Of a stretch of DNA of 64,000 nt, positions 48,027 to 60,500 are shown piece after piece. The position numbers and the translations under genes are program-made. The notes below the pieces were generated by a model. The model was not told the origin of the DNA. It did not search any database and worked only from the letters and a program-made list of their open reading frames with translations. Position 1 is the stretch's first letter. Each line of letters opens with the position of its first letter. The stretch spans positions 1,484 to 65,483 of the forward strand of contig DATAEW010000034.1 in assembly GCA_036257815.1 (NCBI GenBank), written 5' to 3'. Source of the stretch: Solirubrobacterales bacterium. GTDB lineage: Bacteria; Actinomycetota; Thermoleophilia; Solirubrobacterales; 70-9.

Positions 48027-48896
48027 TCAGTGAGCCGCGGTGGCCTCGGCCTGGGCGAGCGCCGCCGGGGCTGAGGCACGGCCGCCCCCGCGGCCCGGGG
48101 TGAGGCCGGCGTCGTCGCTGGAGAGGCGGTGGGCGATGTAGACCGGGATGATCGAGAGCAGGACCAGGATCACCGCCACCGCGTCGACGATCGGCAGCTG
48201 GTTGGGCCGGAAGAGGTTGCGGAAGATCCAATACGGGACCGTTTCTTCGCCGGCGCCGATCGTGAAGATGGTGACGATGATCTCGTCGAAGGAGAGGGCG
48301 AAGGCGAGCAGGGCGCCGGCACCGAGGGCGCTGCGGAGGCTGGGGAAGGTGACGAAGCGGAAGGTCTGCCAGGTGTCGGCGCCGAGGTCGGCCGACGCCT
48401 CCTCGAAGGAGCCGGAGGTGCGGCGCAGGCGGGCGACGACGTTGTTGTAGACGACGACCACGCAGAACGTGGCATGGCCGATGATCACGGTGATCAGGCT
48501 GAGGCTGACGCCCAGCACCTGGGTGAAGGTGTTGGAGAGGGCGACGCCGGTGACGATGCCGGGGAGGGCGATCGGCAGGACGACGAGGAAGGAGATCGCT
48601 TCGCGGCCGAAGAAGTGGCGGCGGCCTACCGCGAGGGAGATCAGGCTGCCGAGGACGATCGCGATCAGGGTCGCGACCAGCCCCGCCTCGATCGAGGTGA
48701 GGAGCGCTTCGCGGGCGCTTTCGCTTTCGAACGCCTTCTGGAACCAGTCGAGGGTGAAGCCCGGCGGCGGCCATTTGAGGATCTTGCTGGCGTTGAATGC
48801 CTGGATCGCGATCACCAGCAGCGGGATGTAGATGAAGGCGAGGCCGAGCCCGACGGCGATCCCGAGCAAGGCCTTGGCGCGCCGCGAGAGGCGCAT
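48027..48896 (-). CDS. ABC transporter permease (PotC-like)
   Basis: 6 TM; EAS-loop region (EEASADLGADTWQTFRFVTFP). Confidence 0.85.
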   Translation of the reverse strand: MRLSRRAKALLGIAVGLGLAFIYIPLLVIAIQAFNASKILKWPPPGFTLDWFQKAFESESAREALLTSIEAGLVATLIAIVLGSLISLAVGRRHFFGREAISFLVVLPIALPGIVTGVALSNTFTQVLGVSLSLITVIIGHATFCVVVVYNNVVARLRRTSGSFEEASADLGADTWQTFRFVTFPSLRSALGAGALLAFALSFDEIIVTIFTIGAGEETVPYWIFRNLFRPNQLPIVDAVAVILVLLSIIPVYIAHRLSSDDAGLTPGRGGGRASAPAALAQAEATAAH

Positions 48897-49783
48897 CAGA
48901 CGTGCTCGAAGGCGCCGAGCTTGCGGGCGACGCCGAGGTAGGCGATGACAACGACGATCGGAACCATGGCCAGCGCCGCCGCGAAGGGCTGGTTGTTGGT
49001 GATCGAGGCGCGGATCGTGGTGCCGATGAACTGGTCGTTGGAGACCAGTGCGGGGGCGATGTAGTCGCCGAGGGTGAGCGAGAAGGTGAAGATCGAGCCG
49101 GCGACGACGGCCGGGAAGGCGAGGGGCAGGATGACCCTGCGGAAGGTCGTGAAGGGGGCGCCGCCGAGGTCCTCGGAAGCGCTGATCAGCGAGTTCGGGA
49201 TCCGCTCCAGCCCGGCGAAGATCGGCAGGATCATGTACGGGAGCCAGAGGTAGCTCATCACCAACCAGACCGCGACCAGGCCTTCGCCCGGGCCGTGGAT
49301 TCCGAGCGGGGCGAGCACCCAGTTGACGATCCCGTGTTCAGCGATCATCTCTCGCCAGGAGAGCACCTTGACCAGGTAGCTCGACCAGAGCGGCATCAGC
49401 ACGGCGACGACCAGCAACGCTTTCGTGCGCCGGCTCGCCACCTTTGCCATGTAGAAGGCGATCGGGAAGGCGATGATCGCGTCGGTCAGCGTGACGAGGA
49501 CCGCGGTGCGGACGGTGCGCCAGACGATCTCGCGGTAGACGGGGACTTCGACGAGCTGTTCGAAGTTTTCGAAGCTGAGTTCCTTGATCACGCTGCCGCT
49601 GAGCGGATCGACCGTCCAGAACGCGGTGATCAGGAGAGCGACCAGCGACCCCAGGTAGAGGATCACCAGCCAGGCCGTCGGCGCCGCCAGGAGCGAGCCG
49701 ACCTGCAGTCGGGGACGGCCGTGGAAGAGGCCGGCGAGCTTGCGACCCGCCGACCTCCTCACCGCGACTGCTTCAGTGGACAT
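48896..49783 (-). CDS. ABC transporter permease (PotB-like)
   Basis: 6 TM; SASEDLGGAPFTTFRRVILP. Confidence 0.85.
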   Translation of the reverse strand: MSTEAVAVRRSAGRKLAGLFHGRPRLQVGSLLAAPTAWLVILYLGSLVALLITAFWTVDPLSGSVIKELSFENFEQLVEVPVYREIVWRTVRTAVLVTLTDAIIAFPIAFYMAKVASRRTKALLVVAVLMPLWSSYLVKVLSWREMIAEHGIVNWVLAPLGIHGPGEGLVAVWLVMSYLWLPYMILPIFAGLERIPNSLISASEDLGGAPFTTFRRVILPLAFPAVVAGSIFTFSLTLGDYIAPALVSNDQFIGTTIRASITNNQPFAAALAMVPIVVVIAYLGVARKLGAFEHV

Positions 49784-49801
49784 GCCTCGGGAGCGGCGCG
49801 C

Positions 49802-51010
49802 CTAGCCTTTGATTTCGGTCCAGGCGCGGACCCAGTCGTTGTAGTCCATGCATTCGCTTGGCCCGCCTTCTTCGCATTCGGCCAGCGGCGTCTGCCAGTA
49901 GTAGACGCGCTTCCAGAATTCCGGTTCTTCGGCGTGGTATTCCGCGCAGAAGTTCGGGTTTTCGGTTTCTCTGCAGGCCAGTTCCTGAGCCGGCGCCTCG
50001 CCGAAGTATTCCGCCACCTGGGCGTTCGCTTTCGGCGAGACGATGTAGTTCATCCACATGTACATGCAGTTGGGATGTTTGGCTTCCGAGCCGATCATCC
50101 AGGTGTCCGACCAGCCGGTCGCGCCCTCTTCGGGCAGGAAGCCCTGGCTGGCGGGGCTCGCCGCCACCGGTTCGCCTTCGCCTTTCAGGGCGAAGTACTG
50201 GTACTGCCAGGTCGTGCCGACGAGGTTCGAGCCGCTGGAGAAGCCGGCGATCTGTTCTTCGGCGCTGCCCCAGTATTCGCCGACGTTCGGCTTCTGTTCC
50301 TTCATCAGTTCGACCGCGGCGTCGAACTGTTCTTCGGTCAGCTCGTAGGGGCCTTCGATCCCCAGGCTCGGTTCATGCGCTTTCAGGTAGACCGCCGCTT
50401 CGGCGATCGACATCGGGTCGTCGTACTGGCTGATGTGGCCCTTGAATTTTGAGGCCACTTTCGGGTCCAGGGTGACGTTCCAGGACTTCGGCCCCGGCTT
50501 CACTTTGTCGGAGTTCCACATCAGGAGGTTGGCGCCACGGCCGTGCGGGATCCCGTAGGGGACGCCTTCGAAGGTGTTGTAGGGCTGTCCCTTGAGGTCG
50601 GCGAAGACCGTCTTGTAATTCGGCACCAGGTCCGTGTTGACCGGGGATACCAAGCCGGCCGCCCAGAGCCGGGCCGAGGCGTTGCCCGAGGCCGAGACCC
50701 CGTCGTACTGGCCGGTTTTCATCAGCTGGACCATTTCGTCAGAGGTGTTGCCGATCTTGTTGTTGACCTTGCATCCGGTTTCTTCTTCGAACGGCTTCAC
50801 CCATTCGGGTTCGACGTAGCCTGCCCAGGAGATCAGGGAGACTTCACCCTCGCCCTTGCCGAGCTTCTGCAGTTCTTCGCCCCCGCCGGAGCCGCCCCCG
50901 CCTGAGGTGTCGCTGCCCCCTCCGCAGGCGCTGAGAACGAGCATGAACGCGACCAGGCCGGTAACCGCCAGCCAGGCCGTTCGGGCGGGATGAGCTCCCC
51001 TTCCCCTCAT
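49802..51010 (-). CDS. Polyamine-type ABC substrate-binding lipoprotein (PotD/PotF-like)
   Basis: ATG 51010 preceded by AGGAGG; lipobox LVLSACGGG; ATGA overlap with the ATPase stop. Confidence 0.85.
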   Translation of the reverse strand: MRGRGAHPARTAWLAVTGLVAFMLVLSACGGGSDTSGGGGSGGGEELQKLGKGEGEVSLISWAGYVEPEWVKPFEEETGCKVNNKIGNTSDEMVQLMKTGQYDGVSASGNASARLWAAGLVSPVNTDLVPNYKTVFADLKGQPYNTFEGVPYGIPHGRGANLLMWNSDKVKPGPKSWNVTLDPKVASKFKGHISQYDDPMSIAEAAVYLKAHEPSLGIEGPYELTEEQFDAAVELMKEQKPNVGEYWGSAEEQIAGFSSGSNLVGTTWQYQYFALKGEGEPVAASPASQGFLPEEGATGWSDTWMIGSEAKHPNCMYMWMNYIVSPKANAQVAEYFGEAPAQELACRETENPNFCAEYHAEEPEFWKRVYYWQTPLAECEEGGPSECMDYNDWVRAWTEIKG

Positions 51011-52020
51011 GGTGCTACCTCCTGTTTCGTTGGCTTCCCCCGGATGGCGGCCGCGTGCTCGGGACGCCACCCGACAAGTACTTCGTCCCCCGCGCGAGGC
51101 GACGCGCCCTGCGACGCGGCGCCGACGTTCTGCCTCACCAGCTGCAGCTCTCCTCCCGCCTCCAGGGCGACGGTAAAGCGGGTGATCATGCCGGCGTAGG
51201 AGACGCCGACGATCCGACCACGCTCGCTGTGCATGCCGTCGGCTGAAGCTTCCCCGGTGAGCAGCTCGATCTTCTCCGGCCGGATCGTCATCCGCTCGCC
51301 GTCGCGTTCGATCACGTTCGAGACGCCGACGAAGCCGGCGACGAACTCGTTCAGCGGGTGCTCGTAGAGGTCGACCGGCGGGCTGACCTGCTCGATCCGC
51401 CCTTCGTTGAAGACGGCGATCCGGTTGCTCATCGTCAAGGCCTCGTCCTGGTCGTGGGTGACGTAGACGAAGGTGATCCCGACCTCGCTCTGGATCGTCT
51501 TCAGCTCGCTCTGCATCTGCTCGCGCAGCTTCAGGTCCAGCGCCCCGAGCGGCTCGTCGAGCAGCAGCACCTTCGGCCGGTTGACGATTGCCCGCGCCAG
51601 CGCGACCCGCTGGCGCTGACCGCCGGAGAGCTCACCGGGCTTGCGGTCGCCGTAGCCGGGCAGCCGCACCATCTCCAGCGCCTCGTCGCGCCGGCGCGTC
51701 CGCTCCTCCCTGGACACCCTGGCGATTCGCAACCCGTATTCGACGTTTTGTCCCACGCTCATATGCGGGAACAGCGCGTAGTCCTGGAAGACCGTGTTGA
51801 CCGCGCGGTCATACGGCGGCACGCCGCTGACCTCCTCGCCAGCCAGCTCGATCGCGCCGGTGGTCGGGTCCTCGAACCCGGCGATCATTCGCAGGGTCGT
51901 GGTCTTGCCGGAGCCGGAGGGTCCGAGCAGGGTGAAGAACTCGCCGCGCTGGATCTCCAGGTCGATTCCGGCAACCGCGACTACCTCACCGTATTTCTTC
52001 GTGAGGCCTTGGAGTCGGAT
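51007..52020 (-). CDS. ABC transporter ATP-binding protein (PotA-like); start codon unresolved
   Basis: Hand translation upstream of the tracked Met (51888) gives, in the same frame, DIRLQGLTKKYGEVVAVAGIDLEIQRGEFFTLLGPSGSGKTTTLRMIAGF (Walker A). LSGGQRQR and LLLDEPL lie downstream. There is no ATG/GTG/TTG between the in-frame TGA (52153-52155) and 51888. Confidence 0.75.
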   Translation of the reverse strand: MRLQGLTKKYGEVVAVAGIDLEIQRGEFFTLLGPSGSGKTTTLRMIAGFEDPTTGAIELAGEEVSGVPPYDRAVNTVFQDYALFPHMSVGQNVEYGLRIARVSREERTRRRDEALEMVRLPGYGDRKPGELSGGQRQRVALARAIVNRPKVLLLDEPLGALDLKLREQMQSELKTIQSEVGITFVYVTHDQDEALTMSNRIAVFNEGRIEQVSPPVDLYEHPLNEFVAGFVGVSNVIERDGERMTIRPEKIELLTGEASADGMHSERGRIVGVSYAGMITRFTVALEAGGELQLVRQNVGAASQGASPRAGDEVLVGWRPEHAAAIRGKPTKQEVAP

Positions 52021-52083
52021 GTCGGGCGGTGAAGCGGCTACGCCTCGGACGTTATCCGAGGCGGCTGGGAAAACAAGGACAAT

Positions 52084-52294
52084 CTGGCCGGGTGGGCTTA
52101 GACGGGGTGGAGTACGGGGGTGGGTGGGGCCGGGGCGGGTGGTGGGGCCTCCTCACTGCACTTCGGAGCGAGGAAGGTGGGTGGGGCTTACGCCCCGGAG
52201 CGGTGGACGCTCCGAATGCTGAAACGTTCGGAGGCCCACCACCGCCCCGGCCCAGCATTACGCGCACCACTCCACGGAAAGCCCACCCGGCCAG
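52084..52294. repeat. Large hairpin element A (arms of about 65-70 nt around an 84-nt core)
   Basis: ctggccgggtgggctt (52084-52099) pairs 16/16 with 52279-52294. The inner arm ggggccggggcgggtggtggggcctcc pairs with ggaggcccaccaccgccccggcc. Core is 52151-52234. Confidence 0.7.
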
Positions 52295-52321
52295 TGGCGC
52301 AAGCTTCAAGTTGAGTGCCGA

Positions 52322-52545
52322 GAAGGCTTCATCGCGCGGCACCCGGCTGGGCTGTGCGGCTGATGGGGCCGCAGGGTCTCGGATACTCCCTCCGAACGTA
52401 TCAGCACGGAGCGGGGATGGCCGCTTGCGGCGCTAGCCCGACCACGCCAATTCCCGCGGAGGTGCAGTGAGGAGGGGGTATCCGAGACCCTGCGGCCCCG
52501 ACCCCGACCTCAGTACCCAGCCGGGTGCCGCGCGATGAAGCCTTC
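52322..52545. repeat. Large hairpin element B (inverted relative to A); the right arm is the 3' end of the C40-like peptidase CDS
   Basis: 52322-52351 is the exact reverse complement of 52516-52545 (30/30). 52364-52386 pairs with 52477-52499 over a 22-nt run. The core 52389-52472, reverse-complemented, aligns with core A (52/84 ungapped by hand; both ends identical). Confidence 0.75.
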
Positions 52546-53067
52546 GTTGGAGAGGAGTTCGGTGTGCCAGCGCGGCCCGGTCCCATCGGCGTCTCCCGCG
52601 GTGTCCCAGCGGACGCCGGCGATCACGGCGTAGGCGTGGCCGGCGTTGGCGTAGACGGTGATCCAGCGCCCTTCGCCCGCCAGGCCCCATTTCTCCAGCG
52701 ACCCGGACGGCTCCGGGCTTTCGAGGAATTCGCCGCCGTGGAGGGCGTAGCTGACCGAGCCGGAGCAGTCGTAGCCGCGGTCCCACCAGCGGGCGTGGCC
52801 GCCGCCGAAGATGTAGGGCTTGGTGCGGATCCGGTTCGCCGCTTCGATCACCGCCTTGACTTTGGCGGGAGCGCTCTTCGGCGGGATCAGTTCGCCGCTG
52901 GCCAGCAGGCGCGCTTTCGCGGTCGGGGTGCATTCGTCGACTTCGGCCGGGGTCAGGCCACCGGTCGTGCAGCGAGCGGAGGCGCCGGCGGGTGCGAGCA
53001 GGGCGACCGCGAGCAGGGCCCCGGCGAATGCCAACGCCATCTTCAGCTTGTGGGTGCGCGACAGCAA
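52510..53067 (-). CDS. Secreted NlpC/P60 (C40)-like cell-wall peptidase
   Basis: TTG start with AAGGAG 8 nt upstream; signal peptide; PYIFGGGH..GYDCSGSVSYAL (Cys) and GHAYAVIAG (His). Preceded by a c-di-AMP riboswitch. Confidence 0.6.
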   Translation of the reverse strand: MLSRTHKLKMALAFAGALLAVALLAPAGASARCTTGGLTPAEVDECTPTAKARLLASGELIPPKSAPAKVKAVIEAANRIRTKPYIFGGGHARWWDRGYDCSGSVSYALHGGEFLESPEPSGSLEKWGLAGEGRWITVYANAGHAYAVIAGVRWDTAGDADGTGPRWHTELLSNEGFIARHPAGY

Positions 53068-53079
53068 ACCAATCTCCTT

Positions 53080-53211
53080 CGTCGGCCTACGGGGTTAGCT
53101 GTCGGGCTGGCGCGAAAGGAGCTTGCGCCCCCACCTCAGCTCGGTGGGTTAGCCCCGAAAACGTGGTTCCCCCGCTCCCGGCGCGCCCTTGGGCGCTTGG
53201 GATTCGGCGTC
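53080..53211 (-). promoter_or_regulatory. Cyclic-di-AMP riboswitch (ydaO-yuaA class)
   Basis: Minus-strand read: GCCGAAUCCC...GCGGGGGAACCAC..UUUUCGGGGCUAACCC...GCCAGCCCGACAGCUAACCCCGUAGGCC. This is block-for-block similar to the remembered T. tengcongensis aptamer (GCCGAAUCC, ACGGAGGAACC, UUUGGGGUUAAUC, CACCCGACAGCUAACUCCGGAGGC). It ends at the SD. Confidence 0.75.
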
Positions 53212-53343
53212 CCGGTATTTCGGACCGGCGGCAATCTACACCATCGGCCGGCGTTTTGCTTACGAAACACACATATTTGGCTGGAATTCGCCGCAGCATC
53301 CTCGATCCCTGTCGGCAGCACGGCTGGTAGCTTGCGCTTTGGG

Positions 53344-54147
53344 ATGGAGATTTCGGGCCGCACCGCACTGCTCACCGGCGCCACCGGCGGCCTCGGCCGG
53401 GCGATCGCCAAGGCGCTCGCCGCGCGCGGCGCGACGCTCGTGCTCAGCGCCCGCAAGGCGGAGGCGCTGGAGGCGCTGGCGGCCGAGCTGCCCGGCTCCG
53501 GTCACCGGACCGCGCCCGCCGACCTCGCCCAGCCCGGCGCGGCGGAGGCCCTGGCCGCGGCGGTCGGCGAGGTCGACATCCTGGTCGCCAACGCCGGGCT
53601 GCCCGCCGCCGGCAGCGTCACCGACTTCAGCGCCGAGCAGGTCGCCCGGGCCCTGCGGGTCAACCTGGAGGTCCCGATCCTGCTCGCCCGCGCCCTCTAC
53701 CCGGCGATGGTCGAGCGGGGCTCCGGCCACCTGCTTTTCGTCTCCTCGCTCTCCGGCAAGGCCGCCAGCCCGCGCACCTCGATCTACAACGCGACCAAGT
53801 TTGGGCTGCGGGGCTTCGCGCTCGGCCTGCGCGCTGACCTCGCGCCGCACGGCGTCGGCGTCTCCATCGTCAGCCCGGGCTTCGTCCGCGAAGCGGGCAT
53901 GTTCGCCGACTCGGGCGCCAAGCCGCCGCCGGGGATGGGAACCACCAGCCCCGAGCGGGTCAGCGCCGCCGCCGTCAAGGCGATCGAGAGCAACCGCGTG
54001 GAGATCGCGGTCGCCCCGCTCCCCCAGCGTCTCGGCGCCCATTTCGCTCTCATGAGCCCGGCCCTCGGGATCAAGGCGCAAAGCGGCGCGGCAGGCCAAA
54101 AGGCAGCTCAGGCGATCGCGGACGGCCACTCAGCCGACAAGCGCTGA
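53344..54147 (+). CDS. Short-chain dehydrogenase/reductase
   Basis: [26 protein letters not shown] (YxxxK). ATG 53344. Confidence 0.85.
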   Translation: MEISGRTALLTGATGGLGRAIAKALAARGATLVLSARKAEALEALAAELPGSGHRTAPADLAQPGAAEALAAAVGEVDILVANAGLPAAGSVTDFSAEQVARALRVNLEVPILLARALYPAMVERGSGHLLFVSSLSGKAASPRTSIYNATKFGLRGFALGLRADLAPHGVGVSIVSPGFVREAGMFADSGAKPPPGMGTTSPERVSAAAVKAIESNRVEIAVAPLPQRLGAHFALMSPALGIKAQSGAAGQKAAQAIADGHSADKR

Positions 54148-54179
54148 TCCCGCACTCACGATTGCCTAGGATGGCTTTC

Positions 54180-56981
<2,802 letters not shown>

Positions 56982-57017
56982 GCGCAGCGGGGCCGCGGGA
57001 GGCAGGGGGGTCCGCGC

Positions 57018-57075
57018 GACCCTCACTGCACCTGCGCGTCGGTAGCCAGGGAGGGATGCCGACGCGGCCGTTCCC
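57018..57075. repeat. Partial copy of the core of the 52084-52545 elements
   Basis: ccctcactgcacctgcgcg...gcggccgttcccc parallels cctcactgcacctccgcgg...gcggccatcccc of element B. I found no long flanking arms. Confidence 0.4.
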
Positions 57076-57156
57076 CTAGACGGGACTGCCCAGAAGAACA
57101 GTCAACGGTTAGCTATACAGCTTGGACAGCGGTGGGTCAAGCGCTATCGACCGGTT

Positions 57157-57522
57157 TTACGGCCGATCTGGGGCGGTTTGCGCGGGATCGACCTCCTGAA
57201 CGTCAGGGTGGGCGATTCCCCAGCCCTTGCGCTCGATCAGTTCGATCCCGATCACACTCCCAACCGGTCCGACCGGGGTGAGGGTGGCGGCGAGCAGGGT
57301 GTAGGGGGCCTGACGGCGAACGCAGGCGATCCAGATCACCACGCAGAGGGCCACGAAGCCGAGTCCATGTGCCCAACCGAACACCATCGTCTCGGTCTCG
57401 AAGCCAGGCAGCACCCAGAAGGCGATCAGCGCCGCGAAGATCGCCAGCTCGACCCAGGAGAATCGCTTCACCCAGGTGAACAGGGGGCCGGGTACGGGCT
57501 TCTCGAACGGTCGCCCGGCCAT
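57157..57522 (-). CDS. DUF3817-like integral membrane protein
   Basis: 121 aa, 3-4 TM, with the WVELAIFAALIAFWV...GWAHGLGFV pattern. Confidence 0.65.
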   Translation of the reverse strand: MAGRPFEKPVPGPLFTWVKRFSWVELAIFAALIAFWVLPGFETETMVFGWAHGLGFVALCVVIWIACVRRQAPYTLLAATLTPVGPVGSVIGIELIERKGWGIAHPDVQEVDPAQTAPDRP

Positions 57523-57531
57523 CGCCGTCGC

Positions 57532-60500
57532 TCAGGCGCCGGGGGTGAGCGCGGTGAGGATGATCCGTTCCTGCTCGCGCGCGTGGGCCCCGGAGTAACC
57601 CTCGCCCGTGCTGGCACGCCCCGGGCGGCCGATGTAGGTGAGCGCCACGCCCTCGGGCAGGACGTCCGGCAGCCGACGCGACATCACCTTCCAGGCGCCC
57701 ATGTTGCGCGGCTCCTCCTGGACCCAGGCGATCTCCTTCAGGTTCGGGTAGGAGGCGATCACGCCCTGCAGCTGCTCCTTGGCGAACGGGTAGAGCATCT
57801 CGACGCGGGCGATGGCGACGTTCTCGGCGGCCTCGCGGCGCTCGCTGGCGTCGATGTCGAAGTACACCTTGCCGGTGCAGAGAACGAGGCGCTCGACCTT
57901 CTCGCGCCGCGCCGCGGTTCTCGTGTCGTCGAGGATGAAGTGGAAGTGCTCGCCGGTCAGTTGCTCGATGTCGGCGGTGGCGCGGTCGAGGCGCAGCAGC
58001 CCCTTGGGGGTGAAGACGATCAGCGGCCGCGGCTTGCGGATCAGCGCCTGGCGGCGCAGCAGGTGGAAGTACTGGGCGGCGGTGGTCGGGTAGGCGATCC
58101 GGACGTTCCCCTCGGCGCCGAGGGCGAGGAAGCGCTCGATGCGGGCGCTGGAGTGCTCCGGCCCGGAGCCCTCGTAGCCGTGCGGCAGCAGCAGGGTGAG
58201 GCGGCTGCTCTGGCCCCACTTCGACTCGCCGGAGACGATGAAGCTGTCGATGATCACCTGGGCGGCGTTGGCGAAGTCGCCGAACTGCGCCTCCCAGAGG
58301 ACGAGGGCGTTCGGGGTCGCGGTCGAGTAGCCGTACTCGAAGCCGAGGCAGGCGGTCTCCGAGAGCGGGCTGTTGTAGAGCTCGAAGGGGGCGGAGGCGT
58401 CCTGCAGGTGCTGCATCGGCGTGTACTCGAGGCCGGTGTTCTCGTCGTGCAGGACGAGGTGGCGGTGGGAGAAGGTGCCGCGCTCGGTGTCCTGGCCGGT
58501 GAGCCGGATGTGAACGCCCTCGGTGAGCAGCGAGCCGAAGGCCAGCGCCTCGGCGTGCCCGAAGTCGATCCCGCCCTGCTCGAGCGTCTCGGTGCGGCGG
58601 GCGAGCGGGCGCCGCAGCTTGCGGTGCACGTTGAAGCCCTCCGGGGTCCGCAGCAGTTCCCCGTTGAGGCCGCGCAGGCGAGCGGCCGGGACCGCGGTGT
58701 CGACCGGCGGGCTGGCGGTGCGGTCGAGCAGTTCGCCGGTGCTGGTCGTCGCGCCGGTCACGGTCGGGTCCTCGTACTCGCCCGCCTCCATCTTCCGCCG
58801 CAGTTCCTTCAGCGCCGCCGCCATCTCCTCGCGCCGCCGCTCGCCGGCCTGGCCGGCTGCCTCGGCCGAGACCGTGCCCTCCTTCATCAGCTGCTCGGCG
58901 TAGATCTCGGAGACCGGTCGGTGGGCCTTGATCTTCGCCGCCATCGTCGGCTGCGTGTAGGCCGGCTCGTCGGTCTCGTTGTGGCCGAAGCGGCGGTAGC
59001 CGATCACGTCGATCACGATGTCGCGGCCCCAGCGCTCGCGGTAGGCCATCGCCAGGCGGATCGCGGCGCTGCAGGCCTCGACGTCGTCGGCGTTGACGTG
59101 GACGATCGGCACGTTGTAACCCTTGGCCATGTCGGCGGCGAAGGGGGTGGAGCGGGCCTCGTCGGGGTCGGTGGTGAAGCCGACCTGGTTGTTCTGGATG
59201 ATGTGGACGGTGCCGCCCGTCGTGTAGCCCTTCAGCGCCTGCAGGTTGAAGGTCTCGGCGACCACTCCCTGGGCCGGGAAGGCGGCATCGCCATGGAGCA
59301 GCACCGGCACCGCCCGGGCCGTGTCCTGGTTGATCGTCGGTCCGTCGAACTCCGATTGCAGGTAGCGGGCGCCGCCGGTGACCACCGGGTCGACAAACTC
59401 GAGGTGGCTCGGGTTCGGGTAGAGGCGGACCGAGATCTTCTCGCCCTCGCTGGTCTCGTAGATCCCGCGGTGGCCGTAGTGGTACTTGACGTCGCCGGTG
59501 CCGCCGTGCGGGATCGCCGCCACCGCCTTCACCGCCTCGAGTCGCTTGGAGCCCTCGAACTCGGCGAGGATCGACTGGACGGAGCGGCCGAGGTTGTGGG
59601 CGAGGACGCTGAGCCGGCCGCGGTGGGCCATCCCGAAGACGACCTCCTCGGCGCCGGCACGGTGCGCTAGCGTGACCAGCTCGTCGAGCATCGGCACGAT
59701 CACGTCGAGCCCCTCGATCGAGAACATCTTCTGTCCCAGGTAGGCCCTCTCGAGGAAGCGCTCGAACTCGAAGACGTCGATCAGCCGGTCGAGCAGGCGC
59801 TTTTTCTCCTCACCGCTGAGCGGCTGGCGGTGGGCGCCGGTCTCGATCATCTCGCGCAGCCAGATCCGCTGCTGGTGCGAGGAGAGGTGCTCGAACTGGT
59901 AGCCGATCGTCCCGCAGTAGGCGGTGCGCAGCCGGGGCAGCGCCTCCAGCAGCGTTTCGCCCGGGACGCCGACCCGCAGGATCGAGGCGGGGATCCGCGA
60001 CATCAGCTCCGGGGTGAGGTTGACGTTCTCCGGCTGCAGCGCCGGGTCGCCCTTGGGCTCGGAACCCAGCGGATCGAGCTGGGCGGCGAGGTGGCCGTGG
60101 GTCCGGTAGGCCTTGAGGATCGAGGTCGCGGCCTGGACCGCCTGCAGCAGCTCCTCGTCGACCTGGCCCGGGGCGGTGCTCGGTTCGGCGCTCGCGCCGG
60201 GGGCGCCGAGCGGCGGCGCCGAGGCGGAGGCGGGGTGGGCGGCGGCGACCGGGCCGGCGTCGATCCCGAGGTCGGCGGCCACCGACTCGTAGAAGCCGTC
60301 CTCGCCCTGCAGCAGCTGCTCGACCCGGCGCAGGAAGGCGCCGGACTCGGCGCCCTGGATCACCCGGTGGTCGTAGGTCGAGGTCATCGTCATCACCTTC
60401 GAGACCCCGAGTTGCTTCAGCCGGTCCGGCGAGGCGTGCGCCCACTCCGGCGGGTAGGCGATCGAGCCGGTGGCGACGATCGCGCTCTGGCCGGCGAGCA

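Noticed and set aside
52029-52436. ORFs of 96-135 aa inside the repeat-rich gap (52029-52436 plus, 52052-52342 minus, 52120-52314 plus)
   Set aside because: They run through the hairpin arms and cores, give Gly/Pro/Arg-rich low-complexity products, and lack SD sequences. The repeats explain them better.
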